In this document: positions 12,601-24,600 of the stretch, piece after piece
Position numbering within the stretch: position 1 is the stretch's first letter
How the letters are laid out: every line of letters begins with the position of its first letter
Assembly (NCBI GenBank): GCA_003344405.1
Contig: NOWV01000144.1
Span: forward strand, 1 to 64,000
Source of the DNA: Trichoplax sp. H2
Taxonomy: Eukaryota
Length of the DNA stretch: 64,000 nt
Direction of reading: 5' to 3'
Position numbers and translations under genes: made by a program
Notes under the pieces: generated by a model
Told to the model about the DNA's origin: nothing
The model's input: the letters and a program-made list of their open reading frames with translations, nothing else
Databases searched by the model: none

Positions 12601-15600
12601 GATCAGATTTTGAAATAAATCAGCTGGTAGTTTACCAGTTATGTTGGAGTTAGATAGTTTTCTAACGTTAATAAAAACAAAAAATATAATTAATGCTTGT
12701 ATACAGCAGTTTTATTATTACGACTATAGATTTGGACGTAAGAATAAAGTAGCTAGTTATTTAACGATGTCATCATTAGCTATTAATAATTTCAAATTAT
12801 ATTTCCTACTGATCAGCAATAGTTACTACTGGCTTAGAATAATTATTCATTCTTTATTTACTTTTTATATTAAAAATGTTGACATGTATAAATGTTTATA
12901 TCAGTTGTAACTATCAACCGTGGCTGAAAATAATAGGCTTGCTTTTTATGTAGTTAACTTTTATCCTTCAAGGTTACTTACAAAACTAATAATCCCGTCA
13001 GATCCCTAAATAAGGTTGATTCTAATTTCTTCAGTGGATTATTGCTGAGAGTTCTAGCAAGTATTCAAATAGGGATAATGTGAATAATATAGACTTAAAT
13101 CGTGATGAATATATTTTAAGTCGGAAATACCATATTATTTTGATTAGACTAAGCTTAATCTAAATATACGATCTAGATCAACTAGAAATGCACATCTTTA
13201 CTAGTTCAAGAAGTAATAAGATTGCTTACAAAGTACTTAGTGACTTCAAATTTTTAAAGACATTTCCGGGCAAGTTTGTCAACGTGTTGGACTTGAAGTT
13301 TCTATTTATTAATAAAATGATATTTGCGTTTTTAATTAAAGAAAAATACTTCAAGGTTTATAGTTTTGACTAATAGCTAAATGCATCGTATAATCTATAT
13401 TAATAAACTTACAATGTTTCCAATAAGGAGTTTTTAGCAAATATCTGAGCAGGTAAATTAGATATTTGATTATCGTTGATAGTTCTATAAATCATAACGT
13501 AAAAATTATATATTAAAACGGATCATATTTACGTATTCTCTAGTCTGTTAATATTTATCAGCATTATATTAACTTACATTCTTCTTAAATCAGGTAACTC
13601 TTGGAATAAGTTGACATTAAGGTTTGATAATTTGTTTTTTTCCAAATATCTGTGAGTATAAATAGTATCATTTGGTTGATATAATTGAACAACTTACGGT
13701 TCTAGCAATATTACTGTTGTACCAAATTTTTCACTTATCAAATAGGGATTACTTAAATTCACTATAGTTCAATCTTAGCAAATTATTGCGCTATACTTCT
13801 AAAAATTACATTCAGTCTCGATCAGACTTACAAGTATCTCAGCTTTTTCAATCTGTTAAAAGCTCTAGGCGAGATATAATTGATAATGTTGTCGGACAGA
13901 TCCCTATAATTGAAATTTTAATTCGATTGAGAAGAGAGATATTGTTATTAGTAACATGCAAGGTGCTATATAATTAGATAAGATATTTGATATTACTATA
14001 CAGTTATATTGATCTGATTTTCATTATTGCCAATCTAAATACGAAATATTATTATCATAAATTAACTGTAATTATATAATTGACTAGCCTTATTTATTCG
14101 GTATTTTAATCTTTTTAGCAATTTAAATATAAGTAATGGTATGTTTCTCAATTTAATAGTCTATCATACTGAAATAGCGGTAAACTATTAACATAGTATT
14201 TATTTGAATATTACTTACAAGCTTGTCAAATTGGTTAGATAGTAAAATGTACTATCGCCAATGGCAGCGATCTTATTGCCGGATAAAGTCCTATAAATAA
14301 AGTTGATGTATTGAATAGTTAGATTCTAACGCAAAATTTTCTAACGCGCAGTAATATTATTTGCTTAACAGTTTATTTACGCATTTATTGTACTCCTACA
14401 CTATTTCCACTCCAATTATAACTACGGTACTAATACAGAAGGAAAAGGTAAGGTAATAGCATACTATAGTTGGTAATTTATATTATCGACACATTTTTCC
14501 TTTTTTACAATTAGGTAGTTATTTCATACATGTTATTAATGAATAATTAATGAATTTATCATGTTATATTATAAACAATACTATTGAAGGTGATCATAGC
14601 TAAGAAAATAATCAACATTCTTGCACTCTTTGTTGTTCAACTATCAAATGGAATGACAATGGCGTTACATGATGAAAAGATAGAAAGGATTAAAAAGTTG
14701 AAGGTTAACCAATAGCGAGTTGAATTAATGTATTAGTCATAACATTTTCCACTAAACTATGCGGTCACCTTAAGTAAATAAACAATATTTCTCTTGACTC
14801 TTTTGGTTGATGATAGAATTTAAATTGTAGTCTATTTTCGTATTATTTTATTCGGTAAATAAGAAGAAATGCTAGCGTAAATCAATCTAATTAAATCACT
14901 TATATCGCTTCCAAATCCAAAACCATCTAAATCTATCGCATCAATAACAATGCCGCAACAAAGTACATGTAATGCTCATTAATATTATGATAACGCGGTG
15001 TTGTCTTGAAAGATCAGATTCTATTGCCGTATGTTATGAACAAGTCAATGCCAGTTGATTAGGATTAAATTATAAAAGTTTACCTGTTACCGATCAAGAT
15101 ATAGCTACTTTGCAGTAGAAACTGTAGCCATTATCGATAACTTATATCGTTAATACTGATTCTCTTTAAGTGAAAGTCTAATACAATTAATTTTATTGCT
15201 TGGATAGAAGGAATGACAATTGTACGTGTTTAAATGTAGGCCATGTGTATAATTAATTAGTAGCTACGCTAGCAATATATTTATTGCTGCAGGCGGTAAT
15301 ACTGTATTACGGTTACAAGGTGTTGGTGTAGCCTGTTGACGTTAATCATGCATAGCCAGATTTGCCTGTTCTTTCAATTATAATTATATAGAATAACAGC
15401 AAATAGAGAAGCATTATTGATTATTTTATCATTTATTTGTTCTATTTGTGTTACCTCGGTATAATGTACACATTGGGTGCTATACGGTCAAGGCATTACA
15501 ATTTTATTATTCCGGAATGCGTAATTAATGGGGGGGGCTATCAACTAAGTCAATGTCAAACAGTCGGAACATTTGATTTGTGTTTTTTAACTTTATACAT

Positions 15601-18600
15601 ATATCCGCAGTGATGACAATCGCATCCCATCAAATACAGCTTGATATTATTCTAGACATGTGTTCTTTTGCGATCAAATGGTACTTATAGACATGTACTA
15701 GTTAGTATAGGCTAAGATGGGAAAGAGATTGTGTTCTATAAGCGCTTCTGCTACTGTAGTGGTTAATCGATCAATTTGTAGTATAAAGTATGGTAATTAA
15801 GGGTTAAGGTTTAAGCGATTTATTTCTAGAAGACTGCTGGTAAATTTAGATTGACGCTGTTCAATTTTACCGAATGATTTTATGATTCATTAATTCAGTA
15901 CAAACTCATTTCTCATGGAATATAAATACCATCACGAGAAAGTTATTCTTGCTTTGTTGTATCATTACGCCGTGATTGATTGATATTCAACTTACTGTAC
16001 CTGCATACTGCATAGCCTATCATTGCAGTATATTGTAAACGGGGTAAAAAAAGCTTTTACGTAATGCAGCTAAAACGACTTCAAATGTTCAATCAATCTT
16101 GACTTCAAGTAGTTTCAATCTCGGTAGTAATAGGTGTAACAGTGTTTGATTGACTTGATTATTGTGTGCAACAAAAGTAGAAAGGTTTGAATATAGTAGA
16201 AAAGAAGTACGGTTGAAATTTGGAAACGTCTTAAAACGCTCAACCACGATCCTATGTGCCCTAACGATCAGTTGTCTTGATTAATTCATTATTGTTGGCA
16301 GGAAATCAGCTTTTACTATACTACAGTATTAAATTACTACTGTACTGAAACGACTTACACATGTGCGAAAACATTTATCCTCTGTCAATGTACGCATACG
16401 TGATCCATCGGTTTGATTCATTATTGGAGGCGGAAAAACGCTTTTTCAATTTAACTTTGAATATCCATGACTACAAAAGTAACCGAATTGAATTCCATCG
16501 TACATGTGGGATTTTGGCTACAATGTAAGCCCTAAATTTTGAATTGCTTTCGTTTGTATGAAGGAAGGGTGATAAAAGCGTAAAATTCAAAATCAACCCA
16601 TTTGACCGCTGGACATGGGGTAAACCAGAGATTAGCAATCGTAGCACGAAACCGATACAATGTCCATTTTGTCAAAATCTTTTTTTCACTGTTATACGCT
16701 TTGAAGAATCAATGATTGATTCACTGGAGAGAACGGCATATAGTGAATGGGTTCCCTACTTTATGAACCCTTTCGGTTGACAATCACTGACTGGAACAAT
16801 TTCCAGTCAGTAGTTGAAATTGATCCTATCTCTTCGGTCATGCAATTTTCTACTGAGAAAAGTAGTTACGCCGTTCTCTCCAATTGATTGCACCTTCAAA
16901 ACCGATTTGCTTTTTGATTCACTGCAGAGAACGGCATATAGTGAATGGGTTCTCTACTTTATGAACCCTTTCGGTTGACTGGAACTATTTCCAGTTAGTG
17001 ATTCAAATTGATCCTATCTCTTCTGTCATGCAATTTTCCACTGAGAAAAGTAGTTGCGCCGTTCTCTCCAATTGATTGCACTTCAAAACCGATTTGCTTT
17101 ATTTTTTGCCTTCTTCAGCTTAAGTGGGCAACTTGACATGAACATAAAGAAAAATTGACGGTATAAGACCATCATGATATCCCCTTCGCCTGCAAGATGG
17201 AAGATGGCCTTCCTCTCCTGTAGCTTCTTCACACTACAGTAAGAACGCCATACTCAAATCATAACCATCAATCCTTCTGCAATGGTTGGCCGTGCTGGAT
17301 CGGAACCGAGGCGGTGTGAAATACGCGCCTGGCTCGCTACAGTACACTACGATTGCGTCCGTAAGGTTCTATACTGTAGACTACTATCCGAGAGTGATCT
17401 GGAGTGTCTAATACAGTACTGCCTAGTGCCTACTGACAGTATTAGTGTACACTTGGAGTTGAGAAAAAACAGTTTTTTCTTCACTCTCTCTCCTCGTACA
17501 GTACTGTACACTGTAGAGTCTATCGCTGACCTTGAACCACCTGCAGCGTAAATCAGCCGACTGGGTCGTTTGTTGCCAAAAGTCAACAGTGTTGATGACG
17601 CCTAGGCAGGTGAAGTGGCCACATTGACTCTCCATGGTACGTGTCCAAGACTGACTTCAGTCTTCGATCACTCTACAACACTACTGCCTAGTGGGTAAAT
17701 CATCTGCTAAGGTAATTCAACTGAACAGTATACAAAATGGCAGTCAAGCCTTGAAGAATAGTTGCCGTTTCCTACAGGCATTGCAAGCTATCGACAGTAG
17801 TCATGATGGTAGTTGAAATAGGACTCCCATTAGAACAGTATATAAAATGGCAATCAAGCCTTGAAGAATAGTTGCCGTTTCCTACAGGCATTGCAAGCTT
17901 GTCGACAGTAGTCATGACTCATGATGGTAGTTGAAATAGGACTCCCATTAGAACAGCATATAAAATGGCAATCAAGCCTTGAAGAATAGTTGCCGTTTCC
18001 TACAGGCATTGCAAGCTTGTCGACAGTAGTCATGACTCATGATGGTAGTTGAAATAGGACTCCCATTAGAACAGCATATAAAATGGCAATCAAGCCTTGA
18101 AGAATAGTTGCCGTTTCCTACAGGCATTGCAAGCTTGTCGACAGTAGTCATGACTCATGATGGTAGTTGAAATAGGACTCCCATTAGAACAGCATATAAA
18201 ATGGCAATCAAGCCTTGCAGAATAGTTGCCGTTTCCTACAGGCATTGCAAGCTTGTCGACAGTAGTCATGACTCATGATGGTAGTTGAAATAGGACTCCC
18301 ATTAGAACAGCATATAAAATGGCAATCAAGCCTTGCAAAATAGTTGCCGTTTCCTACACGCATTGCAAGCTATCGACAGTAGTCATGATGGCAGTTGAAA
18401 TAGGACTCCCATTAGAACAGTATATAAAATGGCAATCAAGCCTTGAAGAATAGTTGCCGTTTCCTACAGGCATTGCAAGCTTGTCGACAGTAGTCATGAC
18501 TCATGATGGTAGTTGAAATAGGACTCCCATTAGAACAGCATATAAAATGGCAATCAAGCCTTGCAGAATAGTTGCCGTTTCCTACACGCATTGCAAGCTG

Positions 18601-21600
18601 TCGACAGTAGTCATGATGGTAGTTGAAATGGGACTTCCATTAGTCCAATAGAGATTTCAACAGTTTCCATTCTAATTTGTAGTCGTCTTCATACATATCA
18701 CGTCGTCTACGGTAAGCTCTTGTCGGCGACAAGATGTCAAAAGTATCAAAATTCATTGGATTGCCATCGATTTGTGAATGGATACGGACTATATGCAACA
18801 CAAGTTGATCTATGGCATCTCTACACCATCATCGAAATGGTGGAGAAATAGTCTATCACTAAACGACAGCATTGTCCACTGTTATGAAATAGTCGAGAAA
18901 AGACTAGNNNNNNNNNNNNNNNNNNNNATTATTCTAGACATGTGTTCTTTTGCGATCAAATGGTACTTATAGACATGTACTAGTTAGTATAGGCTAATAT
19001 GGGAAAGAGATTGTGTTCTATAAGCGCTTCTGCTACTGTAGTGGTTAATCGATCAATTTGTAGTATAAAGTATGGTAATTAAGCGATTTATTTCTAGAAG
19101 ACTGCTGGTAAATTTAGATTGACGCTGTTCAATTTACCGAACGATTTTATGATTCATTAATTCAATACAAACTCATTTCTCATGGAATATAAATACCGTC
19201 ACGATAAAGTTATTCTTGCTTTGTTGTATCATTCGCCGTGATTGATTGATATTCAACTTACTCTACCTGCATACTGCATAGCCTATCATTGCAGTATATT
19301 GTAAACGGGGTAAAAAAAAGCTTTTATGTAATGTAGCTAAAACGACTTCAAATGTTCAATCAATCTTGACTTCAAGTAATTTCAATCTCGTTAGTAATAG
19401 GTGTAACAGTGTTTGATTGACTTGATTATTGTGTGCAACAAGAGTAGAAAGGTTTGAGTATAGTAGAAAAGAAGTACGGTTAAAATTTGAAAACGTCTTA
19501 AACCGCTCAACCACGATCCTATGTGCCCTAATGATCAGTTGGCTTGATCAATTCATTATTGTAGGCAGGAAATCAGCTTTACTATACTACAGTATTAAAT
19601 TACTACTGTACTGAAATGACTTGCACATGTGCGAAAACATTTATCCTCTGTCAATGTACGCATACGTGATCCATCGGTTTGATTCATTATTGGATGCGGA
19701 AAAACGCTTTTTCAATTTAACTTTGAATATCCATGACTACAAAAGTAAACGAATTGAATTCCATCGTACATGTGGGATTTTGACTACAATGTAAGCCCCA
19801 AATTTTAAATTGCTTTCGTTTGTATGAAGGAAGGGTGATAAAAGCGTCAAATTTAAAATCAACCCATTTGACCTCCGGACATGGTGTACTGTAGACCAGA
19901 GATTAGCGATCGTAGCACGAAACCGATACAATGTCCATTTTGTCAAAATCATTTTTCACTGTTATACGCTTTGAAGAATCAATGATTGATTGACTAGAGA
20001 GAACGGCATATAGTGAATGGGTTCTCTACTTTATGAACCCTTTCGGTTGACAATCACTGACTGGAAATATTTCCAGTCAGTAGTTCAAATGGATCCTATC
20101 TCTTCTGTCATGCAATTTTCCACTGAGAAAAGTAGTTACGCCGTTCTCTCCAATTGATTGCACTTCAAAACCTATTTGCTTTTTTTTTTGCCTACTTCAG
20201 CTTAAGTAGACAACTTGACATGAACATCAAGGAAAATTAACTGTATAAGACCATCATGATATCCCCTTCGCCTCCAAGATGGAAGATGGCCTTCCTCTCC
20301 TGTAGCTCCTTCCCTACAGTAGGAACGCCATACTAAAATCATAGCCGTCAATCCTCCTGCAATCGTTGGCCGTGCTGGATCGGAACCGAAGCGGTGTGAA
20401 ATGCGCGCCTGGCTCGCTACAGTACATACAGTACACTACGATTGCGTCCGTAAGGTTATACTACTGTACACTACAGTCTACAGTACAGTACTGTACTGTA
20501 GACTACTATCCGAGAGTGATCTGGAGTGTCTAATACAGTACTGCCTAGTGCCTACTGACAGTAGTAGTGTACTGTACAGTAAACTTGGAGTTGAGAAAAA
20601 ACAGTTTTTTCTTCACTCTCTCCTCGTACAGTACTGTACACTGTACAGTGTACAGTCTATCGCTGACCTTGAACCACCTGCAGCGTAAATCAGCCGACTG
20701 GGTCGTTTGTTGCCAAAAGTCAACAGTGTTGATGACGCCTAGAGAGGTGAAGTGGCCACATTGACTCTCCATAGTACGTGTCCAAGACTGACTTCAGTCT
20801 TGCTTTGCTCGATCACTCTACAACGCTACGGCCTAGTGGTTGAGTCAATCACTAAGGTAATTCAACTGAACAGTACAGTATATAAAATGGCAGTCAAGCC
20901 TTGAAGAAATAGTTGCCGTTTCCTACAGGCATTGCAAGCTGTCGACAGTAGTCATGATGGTAGTTGAAATGGGACTCCCATTAGCCCAATCGAGATTTCA
21001 ACAGTTTTTATTCTAATTTGTAGTCGTCTACGATAAGCTCTCGTCGGCGACAAGATGTCAAAAGTATCAAAATTCATTGGATTGCCATCGATTTGTGAAT
21101 GGATACTGACTATATGCAACACAAGTTGATCTATGGCGTCTCTACACCATCATCGAAATGGTGGAGAAATAGTCTATCACTAAACGACAGCATTGTCCAC
21201 TGTTATGAAATAGTCGAGAAAAGACTAGGATAATAAACGATCCAAGAAACGAATACGAGTCACTAGCGCTGATTATCTTTTACCGATTCGCATTTACTTT
21301 ATCAATAACTCTTACTGCACACCGATATCCGCTAACTACAGTCTAGTAAGATCGACTGGTGGCTAGACTACTCTTCGACTACGTCGTCGCATAATTCTTA
21401 AATAAGCTCGCTTACGACCAGTCTGCTAAATCATGATAACACTTCTTCATCCATGGATTACAATTTTATCCAATAGTCAAAATGAGCCTATGGAAAACTC
21501 TTTTAGTCTTCCCAGTTTGTCCCAGTTGACGGTTCCCCCAAAAATGTCAATCTAGGATTTCAATTTTACCGTGGTAATACAGCTTGATGCAAAATGACCA

Positions 21601-24600
21601 AATTGAATCATATCCATTTACGGTAGACAAGAATAGAACTTACAGCATACTAGATAATAATTGCAATATATAATAGTATAGTATGCAAGTATTGGTCATA
21701 GATGATTTACACTTATATGTGGATAAAGAAGGCATGTGAAATGGGGTAAAAGAGCGTATTTCTTTCCTTACAAAATACTCCTAAATGTAATAAGCTAAAA
21801 GTAAGAATTAATTTTCAAGGTTACAATCACAATCATGTTTTCGTAAATGCCTGGTCTGCTAAGATTGCGCTATACCGTCCAAATTTGTATACGTATACCG
21901 ATAAGTATCGTCAAGGATAAATTGGGTACTAACTACTCCTATGTAGCGATCAAAAGTCGCCAAAAAATACAAAGTATCCACTCGTCTATATAGAATATGT
22001 ATCGCTGTTGCAAAACTAATAATAATCATAATGGACTACTATTGGATCCTACAATATTAATCATAACAGTATCAATAGAAGGAAGTGAAAGATGTCATCG
22101 ACGAAGAAGCAGTCAATCTGTTACTTTGTTCATAGTTAAAATAATAAATCAGAATAATTCCAGTACCGACAATCACCAGGCAATGGCGAGAATATACTCG
22201 TCAATAACCTCGGTAAACTACAACCAGCTATTATTGTGTATCAATTGAGAGCTGATCAGAGCAAAAGAAACAGTCTGCTCTTTCTTCTCTCTGTATTTTC
22301 TACCGTATCTTCTGCCTCTATACCCTTAATAGAAAATTATTAATTGCTCAGCATGTGGAAAACCCCATCATTCAAAGGCAGATTAATGAAGATAATAGCC
22401 ATTGGTGACCCCTACGTTGCCTCTTTATTTACTATTTTAAACTATTGTCCGTAGTGCATTTACTTTGGTTATATTAGGGCGAAGTTTAAATTTGAAATCT
22501 TTCTAACCTTCAATTCATTAACTTTTACTATGGTACATACTGGCATAATTTTGATATCCAATAAACGAAATTATTTTACTTACTTACAGTCATAGTCAAG
22601 CAATCTGTAACAAAGCTGCTTCAAATCGATAAGGTGGTTATCAACAAAATTGATTTGAAATGGATGCAGAATGTGTAGCCAAGGTTACGATATCCAAAAC
22701 TATATACGCGTAAATCTATTCTTATCAGCAGTACCGTTTGCGTTTATTTCAAGATTAACTCTAATCCTTGCCCATAGTATTAAGCCCTAAACATATTACT
22801 AATGACTCAATCACAATCACCTAAAATAGAGTATAGGAAACGATGGACTTCGCCATGCTTTGACGATGAGGACATGTTCCTTTTACCGTACTACGATAGT
22901 TTCTTGTTACGATAGCATTTGTTTTAAAGTTGCATTTTATGGATATTCGTTGTTTTTATGACTGGGAGAATATCGGAACGGTCAATAATGGAACATTTCA
23001 GTATCAAATAACTAATAACGAAAAATTCATGTCCCAAAATGATGATATATTAGTAGTCCTTTATTGCTCTTACTCTGTCACTTAGCAATTGTCATTACGA
23101 CAATGCGTAACATTAAGCGATCACAGTTATGGCGGTAACTGTACAGAAGCTCAACTTTTAAGTGTATTTTGGCAAGTCGTTGATATTAAATGGACGATAT
23201 ATCCCACTGTCAAGAGCCAGACAGAAAAAACTGTTCGATTAATGCTTGTATGGAATTGAAAAAATAAGGCGGTTAGTTTTGTCTGTGGCTGACTATTCAA
23301 GCTCTAATTCTATCTTGGATGACCACATTGTGGGCTATTACTTTGGAATGTAGCAAGTACTGTTAGTTTACCCTACCAAACAATAGTCTATACAAGAACA
23401 AAGGAGCAATTTAGCTAGACATTAATGTCCTTCTTGAACGGATAGGCAAGTAAATTTACATCTTGGATAATAATATGGATAATGTACAATATTATTTTTA
23501 ATCTATCATACTGTGCCTAGTTAACGAGGTGCAACAAAGCTCTCAGAAACAAATCAGTAGGGACTAATATAACTTGCATAATATTTTTATTGAATAGAAC
23601 ATAAGGATGAATCACCTGTCTAACTTGTTTTTCATATGAAGAAAACCAAGATAGAGTAAGAATAAGTTATTGGCGACAGTGGAACAGTAGTCTGATATTC
23701 TTGGTCTCCTTAAGGATGCCGTGTTTACGATACAAAATTAAAACAACCAGACAGCCATTGAACAACTTTTCCGCTATTTAATAAAGTCTAGTCGGAAACA
23801 TTGTTCACAATGATAAGAATGTTTTTAGGCCAATGCATGACTTGATCAACTTAGATACCGGTAAGAAATCTCCTTAAATTAAAACTGAATATTTCAAATC
23901 ATGAATCATGGACGACTTCTATTTCACTCCTTTAACGTGTGTATCTGAAGTTGAAATGATAAGGTGCTATTTCATGGCCACGTAGGTAGATCATGATAGG
24001 CTATAAAAGCATTCTATTATAGTATCGCCGATCCTGTATACAATCCCAACGTTACTAGTAAGGCTTAACTGCATTGAAGATAGTATGGATTAATCATGGT
24101 AGACAATGACATTTTCAATCTTATTGCCTTAAGCATCACTCTAAGATGACATTTATACCCTTTTGAACTATAAAGGTTCCGATATTTTTATATTGTTACA
24201 ATAGGATAGAATTAAATGATAGTATAAAAAAGGAAGGAATAACAAAATCGACATGGCGTTGTCAGCCTTTTGCACCTTAACAGTATCTACTCTCAAACAA
24301 TAATTCCCCGTCTATTATTATCCTTAGGCTGCCATGGTTAAGACACTACGATTAAAAGTAGTACAATAACGATCACCTATTGAAATGATGGTGTAAAAAA
24401 AGAAAATAGCCAAAAAATGAGAACAATTTATCGTATATTCTTTTTCTCTATCACACTTATATCCTCATACTCTTTCCCCTTTTACAAACTCTCTTGAATT
24501 TTTATTTGCAAAAGATTCTACTCTATATCTACTCTTTCTCATTAGATGAACAATATCGATAATAACCTATTCATAGGTAGCAATGCAGTTGCCTTATTTA

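Larger units (their letters stand above)
15646..21575. mobile_element. Intronic insertion made of two diverged head-to-tail copies of an unclassified ~2.6-kb element (copy 1 15646-18907, truncated by the gap; copy 2 18928-21575), flanked by a 13-bp direct repeat
   Basis: Both copies start attattctagacatgtgttcttttgcgatcaaatgg and are colinear. AATACAGCTTGAT occurs at 15633-15645 and 21576-21588 (TSD-like). No intact transposase or RT ORF is visible. Confidence 0.6.

Noticed and set aside
15646-15660. Helitron 3' end (CTAG near the element's minus-strand terminus)
   Set aside because: CTAG is not followed by the target T, no subterminal hairpin or 5' TC start is evident, and Helitrons do not make 13-bp TSDs
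17723-18642. CRISPR-like array
   Set aside because: Whole units are near-identical with no unique spacers, there are no cas genes and the context is eukaryotic; it is a minisatellite
18778-18972. 64-aa ORF crossing the N run
   Set aside because: Artefact of reading through the assembly gap; in copy 2 the same frame stops after ...EKRLG
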